From positions 79,904 through 143,903 of the forward strand of contig CALMYB010000001.1 in assembly GCA_937873515.1 (NCBI GenBank): a stretch of 64,000 nucleotides of DNA, given 5' to 3'. The stretch comes from an uncultured Acidobacteriota bacterium (GTDB taxonomy: Bacteria; Acidobacteriota; Blastocatellia; Pyrinomonadales; Pyrinomonadaceae). The translations under genes and the position numbers were made by a program. Under the pieces are notes generated by a model. That model saw only the letters and a program-made list of their open reading frames with translations, was not told where the DNA came from and searched no databases. Within the stretch, counting starts at the first letter, position 1, and the number at the start of each line of letters is the position of its first letter. Of the stretch, positions 49,501-57,371 are shown one piece after another.

Positions 49501-52363
49501 CACTATCCTTTCGGCGCACCCGAACGCTCGTGTGATGCCGAATGGTGATCCGGGCCATCCCGATCCGAATAACACTTGGGGTGTGATCGGCGTCCGCACC
49601 GACCCCGGAAAATCCGGCAACGTCGATAACATTATCGTCGGCGTCAATGCCGCGGACACGACCTTTAACTTCGAGCCTGCAGGCGTAGTTGTAAGTACGC
49701 CCGTATCGCCAAAGGGCTGGTTCAGTTGGGACGACACAGCCGAAGTTCCGTGTGACAGCGAGTATGTGACTGGTCCGGCGGGCGGGCCTTTGCCGGTCGG
49801 AAGCGCACATCTTTCGAGCGCGACCTGCAGTGGTTCGGTTACTAGTACCGACAGGAAAGGCTTCTTCACGAAAGCTTTCCAGGGAGCCCGTCTCGATCAG
49901 ATCACGACGCTCAAGTACTCGTCGTACGTCCCAACCGGCACCGGTACGCCGTCGTTCCAGATCGGCGTCGACTTTACCGGTGCCGCCAATCCGACCTACC
50001 AGGGTCGCCTCGTCTATGTTCCGACCGGTGTCAGCTACGGCAGTTGGCAGACTTGGGATCTTATGACTCCTGGTACGAAGTTCTATTACTCGTCAAACAC
50101 GTACTCGCCGAACGGTGACGGTTGCTTGATGAATCAGGGCTCAGGCTGTACTTTGGCCACGATCCTTGCGGCTCACCCGAATGCTCGTGTAATGCCGAAT
50201 GACGACCCGAACCCGCTTGTCCCGGATACTTGGGGCGTTCTCGGCATCCGAATGGACGCGAACGCGAACGCCAACGTAGATAACGTCATCGTCGGGGTTA
50301 ATGGTGCGGTCAACACGTTCGACTTCGAGGCGGCGCCGCCGACGGTCTCGATCGCGGTTAATCCTGGCAATGTGACCGAGGGCAGCAATGTATCGTTCAC
50401 GGTCTCGCTTACGGGCGATACACCGGAACGCACGGTGCCTGTCACGGTGCTTCTAAATACTACAGACGGAACAGCGACGGGCAGCGGCACAGACTACACG
50501 TCTGCCGTGAATCAAGTTGTGACATTTGCACCGGGTGTTTCGTCACAGACGGTCACCGTCGCTACTGCGACCGACAACATCGCGGAAGGTGCCGAAACGT
50601 TTACGGCAACGCTTTCAAATGCTGTAAACGCCGGTATCGGCACCGCATCCGCGACCGGCACGATCAACGATGGAGCAGGCTACATCGCCATCGGCGGCCA
50701 CGTTATGGCTTACAACAACGGCGGCCCGCAGACTGGTATCGCCGGCGTCACAATGACTCTGACCGGAACTAGCAACGGTTCGCCGATCACTCTGACGACC
50801 CCAACGGACGTTAACGGCAACTACAACTTCAACACGGGACTTTCGACAACTGGGCAATATTCGGTGGCTCCGACCGTGGCAGCACCCTATGTGTACGATC
50901 CGGAGTCGATCTACTACATCAATCCCGCAAGCAGTGTCACGAACGCAAACTTCGTTGGATACAATAATGACAATCCGCGACATGTAACAATTGGAAATGT
51001 CACTCAAAGCCAAGTTGGGGCAAATGTAGTTGTTCCAGTGACGTTCAACGCTTTGGGAACAGAACAAGGCGGCTCATTCGTACTCAGTTTCGACACGTCA
51101 AAACTTCAGTATGTCTCGGCGTCGGCACCGTCTGGCACAAATCTGGTAGTCTCTGCTGGTCCGGGACCGAAGACAGTATCGTTTAGTAAACTTGGTCCGC
51201 CCTACACGGGCTCGGTCACGCTGAACTTCACCTTCAGTGCAACGCCGGGCAATGCACTATCGACTCCCGTAGCCTTCGCAAATCCCAAGAGAATCTCCAA
51301 TACCCAAGGTGTTGGTGTCCCCGCGGTTTGGACTGATGGCTCTGTTATTTTTGCCCAAGGCAACGAGGGTGATATTTCCGACGGCACCACGGGCGGATTT
51401 ACGGACGGGTACGTCGATTCCCCGGACGTTAGCAGGGTCGTAAGTCTTATAGTAGGTGACGCAGTTCCGAATCCAAACGTAAATGAATTCCAACGCGCGG
51501 ATGCAGGGCCTTACCTCCCAAGTCGCGGCGACGGTTGTATCGACGCTCTCGATCTGACGGCAATCCTGCTCTATTCAGTCGGCGATCTACCGACGACACC
51601 AGCGGCTGGCCCGGTAGCACCTCCGTGCGGTTCACCACTCCAGGCGAAGGATGCCGCAAACCGAATAACCGGCGGTACAGTTGTTCGATTTGTCGGGTCA
51701 CGGGCGGCTCCGGGCAGCAACATTGACGTACAGGTAGAACTCTCGGCTCAAGGTATCGAAAATGGCACAACATTCACCTTGAACTATAATTCGACAGTAC
51801 TGGATGAATTTCCGACGATCACGCTTGGCTCGGGAGTTCCCAATGGTGCCTTCTTCTTTACGAACTCGATGTCGCATCCCGGAAAAACGGCCGTAACGTT
51901 CAGCCTGCAATCGGGCCAGACAATGCCTGTCGGAGATACAGTTATTCTCAACTTCCAGTATCACGTTAAGTCGTCGGCCGCTGTCGGCACCTACCCTGTG
52001 GTGTTCACCAGCGACTTAGCCCGCCAGCGGGTAAGTAATACTCAGGCACAGAACGTCCCTGCGACTTGGGAAGATGGTGCCGTTGAGATAATGCTTGCAC
52101 CGACGGCGGCGACGTCTTCGGTGGGCGGCCAGGTGCGGACGGCGGATGGTCGTGGCATTGGCAATACGGTCGTAACCCTGACGGGCACGGACGGAAGCGT
52201 CCGCAGGGCGTTGACGAACCAGATGGGCTTCTACCGCATCGACGACGTACCGACGGGTGCGACGTATGTACTCGGCGCGACGTCGAAGCGCTACACCTTC
52301 GACAGTCGGGTGGTCACGGTAGGCGATAACATCACGGATGCGGATATCACTCCGCGTGAGTAA
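43502..52363 (+). CDS. giant secreted surface protein 1
   Basis: 2953-codon open frame. Domain order is beta-helix x2, Ig-like domains, 4 unassigned modules, Calx-beta, CarboxypepD_reg, cohesin, dockerin-like, cohesin, CarboxypepD_reg CTD. Supporting motifs: YPTIQAAINAANP..G and NWWGCNAGPG of beta-helix proteins; Calx-beta (DGTATGSGTDYT...TV..ATDNIAEGAETF); cohesin-like V.V.V....G......F.L.(Y/F)(D/N)...L blocks. The listed TTG start is only the first start-type codon (TTG) after the in-frame TAA. The biological start is probably ATG 43226. Confidence 0.8.
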   Translation: MLSEDTGAKQQPIPPTAAALPCTPTGITLPVPSTYPTIQAAINAANPAGGDKIQVAANTYTEQLSITKCVTIEGAGIGSTIIQAPATLAPSGVLGFTGNSIVEVRSNSYVTVTGVTITGPLPLLAYPNKTFGIFVAENATLDMSNSQVTAIHTSSGVDGAQNGTGIGVGSTAANTIGTIVLNNVTVNDYQKNGMLVERTGSVATIANSTVTGIGPTSIIAQNGIQIADGATGTITASTITQNLYIITNPLNPWASSGVLPWNAGAVTITGSTLNNNDVSVYTGTSSVPATPAPLTITGNTFDANTYNAVFYDAEHPVTITDNIVTNTNSAFGGLVFDGQTSTISRNSFTLAAGSGSAGLGFYNYDDLSPTTTATINAHFNRLSSDNAGGRDGIYNETSSNVNAENNWWGCNAGPGNTGCDVVNDTSAGTTNYSPWLTLTGITASAPTVQYNGTSNITGVSLCMNSVSADVCTLTDHIIDGLAFGYGTAPGTAGSVSPTTSTFMTGVANAGTTFTAGAGPFVGDQTEAVGATFDNQTISTNVVVHDSTPPTLVSFTADTADPQNSLTVTFTAVFSEPVINFDGGDFGTASGSVNSVTQIAPMDGTTWKVTATANPGSTSMSVNLLSGGIQDTAVPANNLGSGQNVTVTFASASGEFIVDEAGINCLGNGKPIFTDIPSAASAASTGSTIRVCPGTYPQGSSTVSIPSGKNNVTIINAQATKPVVNVSGTSYGFQIGGSGATIEGFEIHKIDNVDKNVITIQGTNFTGQNLDFIADTPWSGGQVSRAFEVSSTGLNINNNTITDFRQPAYINGDGSTNLGTISNNVSSGTKGWVFDNAMVTMTGNTFPAGCAACGFSDIAVFPGASATVQAFWGGTNALAISNTNDNAYLDLQWTGAGDDGRAISYVDDIVTAGNGRTVAAARNSIQDGIDNTLIGGTVHIEPGTFVQEANVNRTVKVEGSGAEGANQSKVSGPIGGTDSATIRITANNVDISGLLITREGNNTTDWNSGLKSAGLAIQGQATTGAVIHDNKFDGNRNALDINNSNGHTIRNNVIDNNRTGMIFRNQTDNLKVVENAITNNWTVGVLFLDASGGTNSPVQTAANSIFSNNNISGNWYGQIVERQAGGSLPAPGTNLKNFQGNWYGSAAPVVTTANSTEPGYSALIPVAYGGTATAPGGQPDIAGPASANFRYDLPLTVGTDTDVETISGRGTYGFQGANLVVNSAVTINDPDPRPAGWFFWNEGPNGSHGLETGPNGSHLGAGSARLSIDVNGRESFGTAAYGGIRLRDITKLKFKTWTTGPDAPVLQFDVDNDLSENTTIPDTTYQGRLVFQPAGTVTPNTWQQWDIFAPGTLVWGSGSGPNRPFSNACPQSNPCTLAALLANNTFKDLGVRLPGGGGTLLFRAGGPSSTDITEFVDDFEVGIQTGNTTYDFEPDLNTAPTVTSITRGGPDPTNAANVTFNVAFSEPVTGVDTTDFALDTAGVSGTSISNVTGSNGNYVVTVNTGSGSGTIRLDVNAGASIFDIANNQFGNAYTGREIYTIDRTGPNSTVSPVADPDTTSPVDFTVSFGETVTGFDAADVTIGGSANPTGFTIDGSYTVHVTGMNQSGTVTVSINNAGVTDSLGNAGTGASSSSAQFNQQTTPNVQTPLAPTWAYYDDNTNAVISGYDYVYGPNGGPLPAGSARLQSGAGDLKGLFTQDYNNTKLANITTLSYSTYVHGSATNEPTLQFNVDYDLTDGNTTYQGRVVYVPSQNGSVSADTWQNWNALTGVFWYSSLSPVAIECTQTVPCTLSQMLAAHPNMGIHATAGAIGFRSEQNSNSNVDNFVIGINSANTVVNFEPAGAMVSTPSSPNGWFYWEDDDDHLVTGYDYVFGPLGGPLPVGSARVASGTTPGDQKKGLFTFQYRGTPLDQLTTLKYSTYAATAGDVPYFQISVDFTGNANPGYQGRLVYVPSENGTFTANTWQTWDMLASTAKFYYSSGTYSPNGDGCLASEGNGGCTLATILSAHPNARVMPNGDPGHPDPNNTWGVIGVRTDPGKSGNVDNIIVGVNAADTTFNFEPAGVVVSTPVSPKGWFSWDDTAEVPCDSEYVTGPAGGPLPVGSAHLSSATCSGSVTSTDRKGFFTKAFQGARLDQITTLKYSSYVPTGTGTPSFQIGVDFTGAANPTYQGRLVYVPTGVSYGSWQTWDLMTPGTKFYYSSNTYSPNGDGCLMNQGSGCTLATILAAHPNARVMPNDDPNPLVPDTWGVLGIRMDANANANVDNVIVGVNGAVNTFDFEAAPPTVSIAVNPGNVTEGSNVSFTVSLTGDTPERTVPVTVLLNTTDGTATGSGTDYTSAVNQVVTFAPGVSSQTVTVATATDNIAEGAETFTATLSNAVNAGIGTASATGTINDGAGYIAIGGHVMAYNNGGPQTGIAGVTMTLTGTSNGSPITLTTPTDVNGNYNFNTGLSTTGQYSVAPTVAAPYVYDPESIYYINPASSVTNANFVGYNNDNPRHVTIGNVTQSQVGANVVVPVTFNALGTEQGGSFVLSFDTSKLQYVSASAPSGTNLVVSAGPGPKTVSFSKLGPPYTGSVTLNFTFSATPGNALSTPVAFANPKRISNTQGVGVPAVWTDGSVIFAQGNEGDISDGTTGGFTDGYVDSPDVSRVVSLIVGDAVPNPNVNEFQRADAGPYLPSRGDGCIDALDLTAILLYSVGDLPTTPAAGPVAPPCGSPLQAKDAANRITGGTVVRFVGSRAAPGSNIDVQVELSAQGIENGTTFTLNYNSTVLDEFPTITLGSGVPNGAFFFTNSMSHPGKTAVTFSLQSGQTMPVGDTVILNFQYHVKSSAAVGTYPVVFTSDLARQRVSNTQAQNVPATWEDGAVEIMLAPTAATSSVGGQVRTADGRGIGNTVVTLTGTDGSVRRALTNQMGFYRIDDVPTGATYVLGATSKRYTFDSRVVTVGDNITDADITPRE
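47201..50329 (+). repeat. four copies of a ~190-210-aa protein module inside giant gene 1
   Basis: Copies lie at about 47201-47800, 48448-49018, 49049-49678 and 49708-50329. Two Ig-like domains separate copies 1 and 2. Shared landmarks: GWF.W.., Y(V).GP.GGPLP.GSA(R/H), TTL.YS(T/S)Y, FQ..VD(F/Y), YQGR(L/V)VYVP, TWQ.W(D/N), CTL...LAAHPN, NVDN.(I/V)(I/V)G(I/V)N....(N/D)FE. Confidence 0.8.
50975..52095 (+). other. cohesin / dockerin-like / cohesin cassette of giant protein 1
   Basis: Cohesin-like blocks at about 50975-51355 and 51671-52095. Dockerin-like duplicated segment at 51362-51590 (TDGYVDSPDVSRVVSLIVG and GDGCIDALDLTAILLYSVG, each fitting DG.(V/I)(D/N)..D(L/V)..(L/I/V)....). Confidence 0.6.
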
Positions 52364-52651
52364 GTAAGAAGGTAAGTTTGGGTGGAGAGCATCAAGATCC
52401 TTGCCGCTTGCCACCCTTGCTCTTTTCCTAAGATCGCGTAGAACGCACGATTTATCTTCCCACAAATGGCATGCTGCTTTTTCTCCCACTAAAGCGGTAT
52501 GCCATTTTCTTTTCGTCCGCGAGAACCTTGGACGGTTGACCCAGATCGTACAAACAGGCCATCGGCCGCTGCCGCGTGGGCCGATTCTCCCCGTTCATCG
52601 CGCTAGATACCTGTCTAACCATAGCCTGATCAAAACGACCAATTTATATGG

Positions 52652-52674
52652 CATACCTCAATTGAGTGATGACA
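52652..52674 (+). promoter_or_regulatory. site C of shared motif CATACCTCAATTGAGTGATGACA
   Basis: Contains the perfect 10-bp palindrome CTCAATTGAG (52657..52666). Reads as 7-2-7 TACCTCA-AT-TGAGTGA. Lies about 220 nt upstream of ATG 52893. Confidence 0.45.
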
Positions 52675-52892
52675 GGTTCTCCGCAACCTGTGCAATCTAT
52701 ACGGAAAATTAGCAAAGACCTGCGGTCTTCCTTTGGCATTTGCCCCCAAAGAGCGTTTCTCGTCCTCGTTCGATCAAGTTTCGGGAGTGACGCGCAATTC
52801 CATTCCCGGGGGGCGGCTTGAAGTGATGACCGCCTTTTCTGTTTCACTCGGCGAACGGAAGCGCATTTTTTAGGTTCTCAGGAGAAAGCCAA

Positions 52893-55800
52893 ATGTTTCT
52901 GAAAAGGAATCCCTTCGTTTTTGTATCAGCTCTTCGATATTTTGGAAATATCGCATCCGGTCTTGAACTGCGTTTGAAGATCTCAGCCGCACTTGTCGCC
53001 TTGGGCATCGCCGCCGGCCTTGGCTGGATACAGCCGACGTTTGCAAATTCAGTTGTCGCCCCTGTTGAGGCGAGCTTCTCGCTTTCGGGTATTTCTGCCT
53101 ACATTTGGTCATTCTTCTCGCACGACGGTCGACGACGGATCCCGACTCCGCGTCCTGCCCGAGACATTGCATCCTTTGGCAGTCGGGAGAGCCTTCCCCA
53201 GACTTCTTCTGCCGCTCCTTGTTCTCCTTCCGGCGTAACCCTGAATGTTCCGGGAACGTATCCGACCATCCAGGCGGCAATTAACGCGGCCAACCCCTCC
53301 GGCGGCGATACGATCGCAGTTGCCGCAGGCAGCTATACTGAGCAGATATCGGCAGGAAAGTGCGTATCGATCGTCGGCTCGGGAGTCAGCAGTACGACGA
53401 TATTTGCACCCGCGACCATGGTTGATAGTACAGTACCCGGCGGCTCGGCCAGGGCGATCGTCGAAGCACGGGCGAACGCATATGTCACCGTCAAAGACCT
53501 ATCGATCTCCGGCCCGGTCACGTTTTCTCCAACGAGTGGAACCTTTGGCGTCTTCGTGGCGGAATCGGCGACCTTGAACATGCGCAATGTTCGCGTCACG
53601 ACTATACAGCAGTCTTCCGGAATTAACTCTGCCCAAGACGGACAAGGAATTGTTGCAGGTGATACGACCTTCGGCACTGCGGGCTCCCTCGATCTTGATG
53701 GGGTTACGATCGATGGTTATCAGGAGAATGGCATACTCGTAGGGGGCGCCGGCTCTTCCGCAACCATCGCGAATACAACGGTAACCGGCACGGGACCGAC
53801 CAGCTTGATAGCACAGAGCGGGATCCAGATCTACGGAGGAGCGTCCGGGGTTATCTCTTCCTCGACCGTAAACGATAATCTGTACTCATTGAATTCAGGA
53901 GCCGCTACAGGAATTCTCACTGCGGATGCGGGAGCTGTATCGGTTTCGGGCAGTGCATTCAGCGGAAATAGCTACGCGATCTATCAATACAATTCGGCTC
54001 TCCCGCTTACCCCTTCAAACTTTTCAGCGACAGCCTGCACGTTCACGAATAATCCCGGAGCAGGCATCGTTTATTCAGCGGCCGCAAGCCCGACGATCAC
54101 AAATAACTTCATCTCCGGGAGCAATATCGGCATCGCCGGATTTGTTGCTGACAACCAAACGTCAACGGTGAAGGGCAACTCGATCACTAACGCGACGGGA
54201 GCCAACAGCGTTGCGATCTTTTTCAACGACTTCAGCAGTTCCGTCAACACAACGTTAGCGACGGTCAATGCGAACTTTAACCGACTCTCGAGCAACAACA
54301 CCGGCGGCCTAGCGGGCCTTCAAAACGACTCTGCCAGTTCGGTCAATGCTGAAAATAATTGGTGGGGATGTAATGCCGGCCCGGGCGCTACCGGGTGCGA
54401 CATCGTCGCCGGTACGGGCCCCGGTGTCGTCGACAGTGATCCGTGGTTAACTCTCAGTGGGATAACTGCTTCGCCTGTAAGTCTGAATTATTCGCAGACG
54501 TCAACGATCAGCGGTGTGAACCTGTGCACAAACTCGGCCGCAGCAACCGTGTGCAGCCCTGCCGATCACACTCCTGATAGCCTGAGCGTTGCCTACTCCA
54601 CGTCGCCGGGCACGAACGGCTCGGTTGCGCCGGCAAGCGGTGCGTTCACAACCGGTGTCGCGGCGGGTACAACGTTCACCGCCACGAGCGGGCCGATTGT
54701 CGGCAACCAGATCGAGAACGTCGGTGCTATTTTCGACAATCAAACCATCGCAACAGCAATTACAATACTCGATCCATCAGGCGGAATCTCCATCAGTGGA
54801 CGGATCACCGCCTACACTGGCGGTGCCGGGATAGACGGAGTTACTGTAACCTTAACTGGAACTAGCAGCGGCAGCCCCGTCAACCTTTCGACCACTACCG
54901 CGTCCGGTGGGAACTTCGCGTTCAGCGGCGGCCTTTTCGCGAACGGATCATACTCGATCATTCCGTCATGCCCGAGTGACCCGCAATGTTCTGCCTTTAC
55001 CTTTGATGCTTCCCAGCGAGACTATCTCAACCCGCCGAGCAGTATAACGACTGCGGATTTTGTTGGCTATAACGGAGATAATCCAAGAGATGTGGTGATC
55101 AAGAACACAACTCAAACGCCTGTTCTTCCGGGACAGCCGGCCGGAGTGGGCGCCAATATTACCGTGCCGATTCAGATCGCAAGTCAAGGTACCGAGAATG
55201 CAATGGCATTTACGCTGGTCTATGACTCGAGTAAGCTGCAGTTCTTATCGGCCGCATGCGACCCTTCTCTGGCATCGTTGGGATGCGGCATTACTCAGCC
55301 CGGGCCGGGCGGCTCGCCGACGACCTTGACGATGGCCTTACAGCCCGGAGCTGTTCTGCCGGCATCAGCCACACCGGCAACGGCCTTGTTGGTCACCTTC
55401 AAGGCGACCCCGGGCACGTCGACGTCGACACCGCTTGCCTTCAATACGATCCCGAGTTCCAAATCCGTCAGCAACAATAACGGCTACGCAGTACCTGCGG
55501 ACTGGATAGATGGTGTGGTTTCTTTCGCTGGCGGTTTTGAAGGCGATGTCGCTGGAGGACAACCAGCAAGCTCTGGGATACCGAATGGCCAGGTCACGTC
55601 GGGAGATATCACGAGGATCCTAAATCTGGTTTCTCACAATACAACGCCAAACCCAAACGTAAACGAGTATCAGCGTGCAGACTGTGCCCCGATCGGAACC
55701 TTTGGAAATGGCCTGCTCACCTCGGGTGATGTCACCGTAGCCTTGCGTTACGCAAACGGTGACCTGGTTGGTATCCACAACCCGGCAGCAGGAGCCTCTA

Positions 55801-56576
55801 CCGGGCTTAGGCAAACACAGGTTCCTCGCGATCGGGACTCTAGATCGCCGTCACTTTTACTCGCACCGGGAGATGTCAGCGTTCTCGGAGCCCTTGCGGC
55901 CCCAGGCAGCACTGTCGCAATTGATATCGAGCTTGAGGGCCAAGGTATCGAAGCAGGATTTGGATTCACACTTGAGTTCGACCCAAATGTGCTGAGTCTG
56001 AGCACTCCCGGCGGGGTTTCTGAAGGGGCTGACGTCTCAACGTATCCTCATATATTCTCACCTAACATATCGCAGGCTTCGAGCGGAAGAATCGGTGTTG
56101 TTTACAATCTCACGACCTTTGGTGCGAGTATGACCCCGGCGGGACCAAAGAGGATTGTTCACGTGACGTTTTTAGTAAACTCTGCTGCCGTCGTTGGAAG
56201 CACTACACCGATCTCGTTCTCAGACGCGGTTTCCATTAGAGAGGTCAACGACGTTGACGGAAATTCCTTGACTCCAAATTGGGGTGATGGGGTCATCGAG
56301 ATCAGTCTCTCCCCGACGGCGGCTGAATCTTCAGTTGGCGGGCAAGTAAGGACGAATGATGGTCGAGGAATTGGAAATACTGTCGTTACCTTGACTGGTG
56401 TTGACGGCGTAGTCCGCAGAGCGTTAACGAACTCCTTTGGATATTATCGTATAGACAATGTACCGACAGGAGCGACGTACGCCTTAGGAGCTACTTCGAA
56501 GCGGTATGCTTTTGATACTCGGGTAATCACAGTGGGCGACAATATCACTGACGCAGACCTCACACCGCGCGAATGA
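52893..56576 (+). CDS. giant secreted surface protein 2
   Basis: 1227 aa with an intact signal peptide. Collinear with the N-terminal ~480 aa and C-terminal ~750 aa of protein 1. Domain order is beta-helix, CarboxypepD_reg, cohesin, dockerin-like, cohesin, CarboxypepD_reg CTD. It lacks the central ~1700 aa of protein 1. Confidence 0.85.
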   Translation: MFLKRNPFVFVSALRYFGNIASGLELRLKISAALVALGIAAGLGWIQPTFANSVVAPVEASFSLSGISAYIWSFFSHDGRRRIPTPRPARDIASFGSRESLPQTSSAAPCSPSGVTLNVPGTYPTIQAAINAANPSGGDTIAVAAGSYTEQISAGKCVSIVGSGVSSTTIFAPATMVDSTVPGGSARAIVEARANAYVTVKDLSISGPVTFSPTSGTFGVFVAESATLNMRNVRVTTIQQSSGINSAQDGQGIVAGDTTFGTAGSLDLDGVTIDGYQENGILVGGAGSSATIANTTVTGTGPTSLIAQSGIQIYGGASGVISSSTVNDNLYSLNSGAATGILTADAGAVSVSGSAFSGNSYAIYQYNSALPLTPSNFSATACTFTNNPGAGIVYSAAASPTITNNFISGSNIGIAGFVADNQTSTVKGNSITNATGANSVAIFFNDFSSSVNTTLATVNANFNRLSSNNTGGLAGLQNDSASSVNAENNWWGCNAGPGATGCDIVAGTGPGVVDSDPWLTLSGITASPVSLNYSQTSTISGVNLCTNSAAATVCSPADHTPDSLSVAYSTSPGTNGSVAPASGAFTTGVAAGTTFTATSGPIVGNQIENVGAIFDNQTIATAITILDPSGGISISGRITAYTGGAGIDGVTVTLTGTSSGSPVNLSTTTASGGNFAFSGGLFANGSYSIIPSCPSDPQCSAFTFDASQRDYLNPPSSITTADFVGYNGDNPRDVVIKNTTQTPVLPGQPAGVGANITVPIQIASQGTENAMAFTLVYDSSKLQFLSAACDPSLASLGCGITQPGPGGSPTTLTMALQPGAVLPASATPATALLVTFKATPGTSTSTPLAFNTIPSSKSVSNNNGYAVPADWIDGVVSFAGGFEGDVAGGQPASSGIPNGQVTSGDITRILNLVSHNTTPNPNVNEYQRADCAPIGTFGNGLLTSGDVTVALRYANGDLVGIHNPAAGASTGLRQTQVPRDRDSRSPSLLLAPGDVSVLGALAAPGSTVAIDIELEGQGIEAGFGFTLEFDPNVLSLSTPGGVSEGADVSTYPHIFSPNISQASSGRIGVVYNLTTFGASMTPAGPKRIVHVTFLVNSAAVVGSTTPISFSDAVSIREVNDVDGNSLTPNWGDGVIEISLSPTAAESSVGGQVRTNDGRGIGNTVVTLTGVDGVVRRALTNSFGYYRIDNVPTGATYALGATSKRYAFDTRVITVGDNITDADLTPRE
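55083..56310 (+). other. cohesin / dockerin-like / cohesin cassette of giant protein 2
   Basis: Cohesin-like blocks at about 55083-55535 and 55869-56310. Dockerin-like segments are PNGQVTSGDITRILNLVS and GNGLLTSGDVTVALRYANG, joined by the conserved linker PNPNVNEYQRAD. Confidence 0.6.
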
Positions 56577-56639
56577 GTCGAACTAAGCTGGAGTCGAGGG
56601 CCTGAGGCTACCGATCCTATCAGGTGTTCTAATGCGTCC

Positions 56640-57371
56640 TCAGTTCCCGTTCAGTTCCTCTCCGTTGGTCGAAGGGCGATAAGCCGGATGATGGGCAGGA
56701 CTCCCCGGCGCTTCGACAAGCCCGTTCTCGTAGGCATAGATCACCAGGTTAAGCCTGTCGTCAACACCGATCTTTCCGTAGATCGAACTTAGATGGTGCC
56801 GAATCGTCGCCTCACTGACGGCGAGTTCACGGGCGAGTTCCTTGTTCTTTCGACCGGCCGCCAAAAGCTTTATTACCTCAAGTTCTCTAGGAGTCAAAGA
56901 TTCCGCGTCGGTTGCCCTAGAATGATTTGCCGAAGTCTCGCTTGGGTGTTTCTCCCTCTCAAGGATCTTGTGAAGGACGGTTTGATTCAACCAGGTTTCG
57001 CCGGCATAGGTCTGGCGGATAGCCTCGACCAAGAGTTTTGCACTCTGCTCGATCTGAACGATGCCGACAGCACCCATTTTCAGAGCACGAGCCTGCGAGT
57101 CCAGATCCGCTCCGGCAACGAGGATAACAACCCGAAGCGCCGGATTCTCGTTCAATAGATGCCCAACGACATCAACCTGATCTTCTGCGGTCAAATAGAC
57201 GACAGCAACATCGGCATTTAAGACGCTGGATGTACTGCCTTTTGTGTGGTCGAAAGTGTATAGCCCCGTGACAGAGAGGCCCTCATTCGACTCGATAAGA
57301 TGCCTAAGGCTCTCCTGCACGATCTCGTACTTACCGACAAGGAGGACACCGATATGTTTACTTCTACTCAT
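56640..57371 (-). CDS. LuxR/NarL-family regulator with pseudo-receiver domain
   Basis: C-terminal HTH LTPRELEVIKLLAAGRKNKELARELAVSEATIRHHLSSIYGKI. Aligned by eye to NarL, the acidic pair is GK, the phospho-Asp position is Tyr (VAVVYLTAE), and the conserved Thr/Ser and Lys positions are also substituted. Confidence 0.75.
   Translation of the reverse strand: MSRSKHIGVLLVGKYEIVQESLRHLIESNEGLSVTGLYTFDHTKGSTSSVLNADVAVVYLTAEDQVDVVGHLLNENPALRVVILVAGADLDSQARALKMGAVGIVQIEQSAKLLVEAIRQTYAGETWLNQTVLHKILEREKHPSETSANHSRATDAESLTPRELEVIKLLAAGRKNKELARELAVSEATIRHHLSSIYGKIGVDDRLNLVIYAYENGLVEAPGSPAHHPAYRPSTNGEELNGN

Noticed and set aside
52650-52666. Sigma-54 promoter reading of TGGCATACCTCAATTGA at site C
   Set aside because: The GG to GC/TTG spacing is off by 2 nt from the GG-N10-GC rule, and sites A and B lack the TGG.
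52100-56576. Diversity-generating retroelement acting on the near-identical C-terminal domains of the two giants
   Set aside because: No reverse transcriptase gene is present. Differences between the two copies are mainly synonymous third-position changes rather than adenine-specific substitutions in a short variable region.
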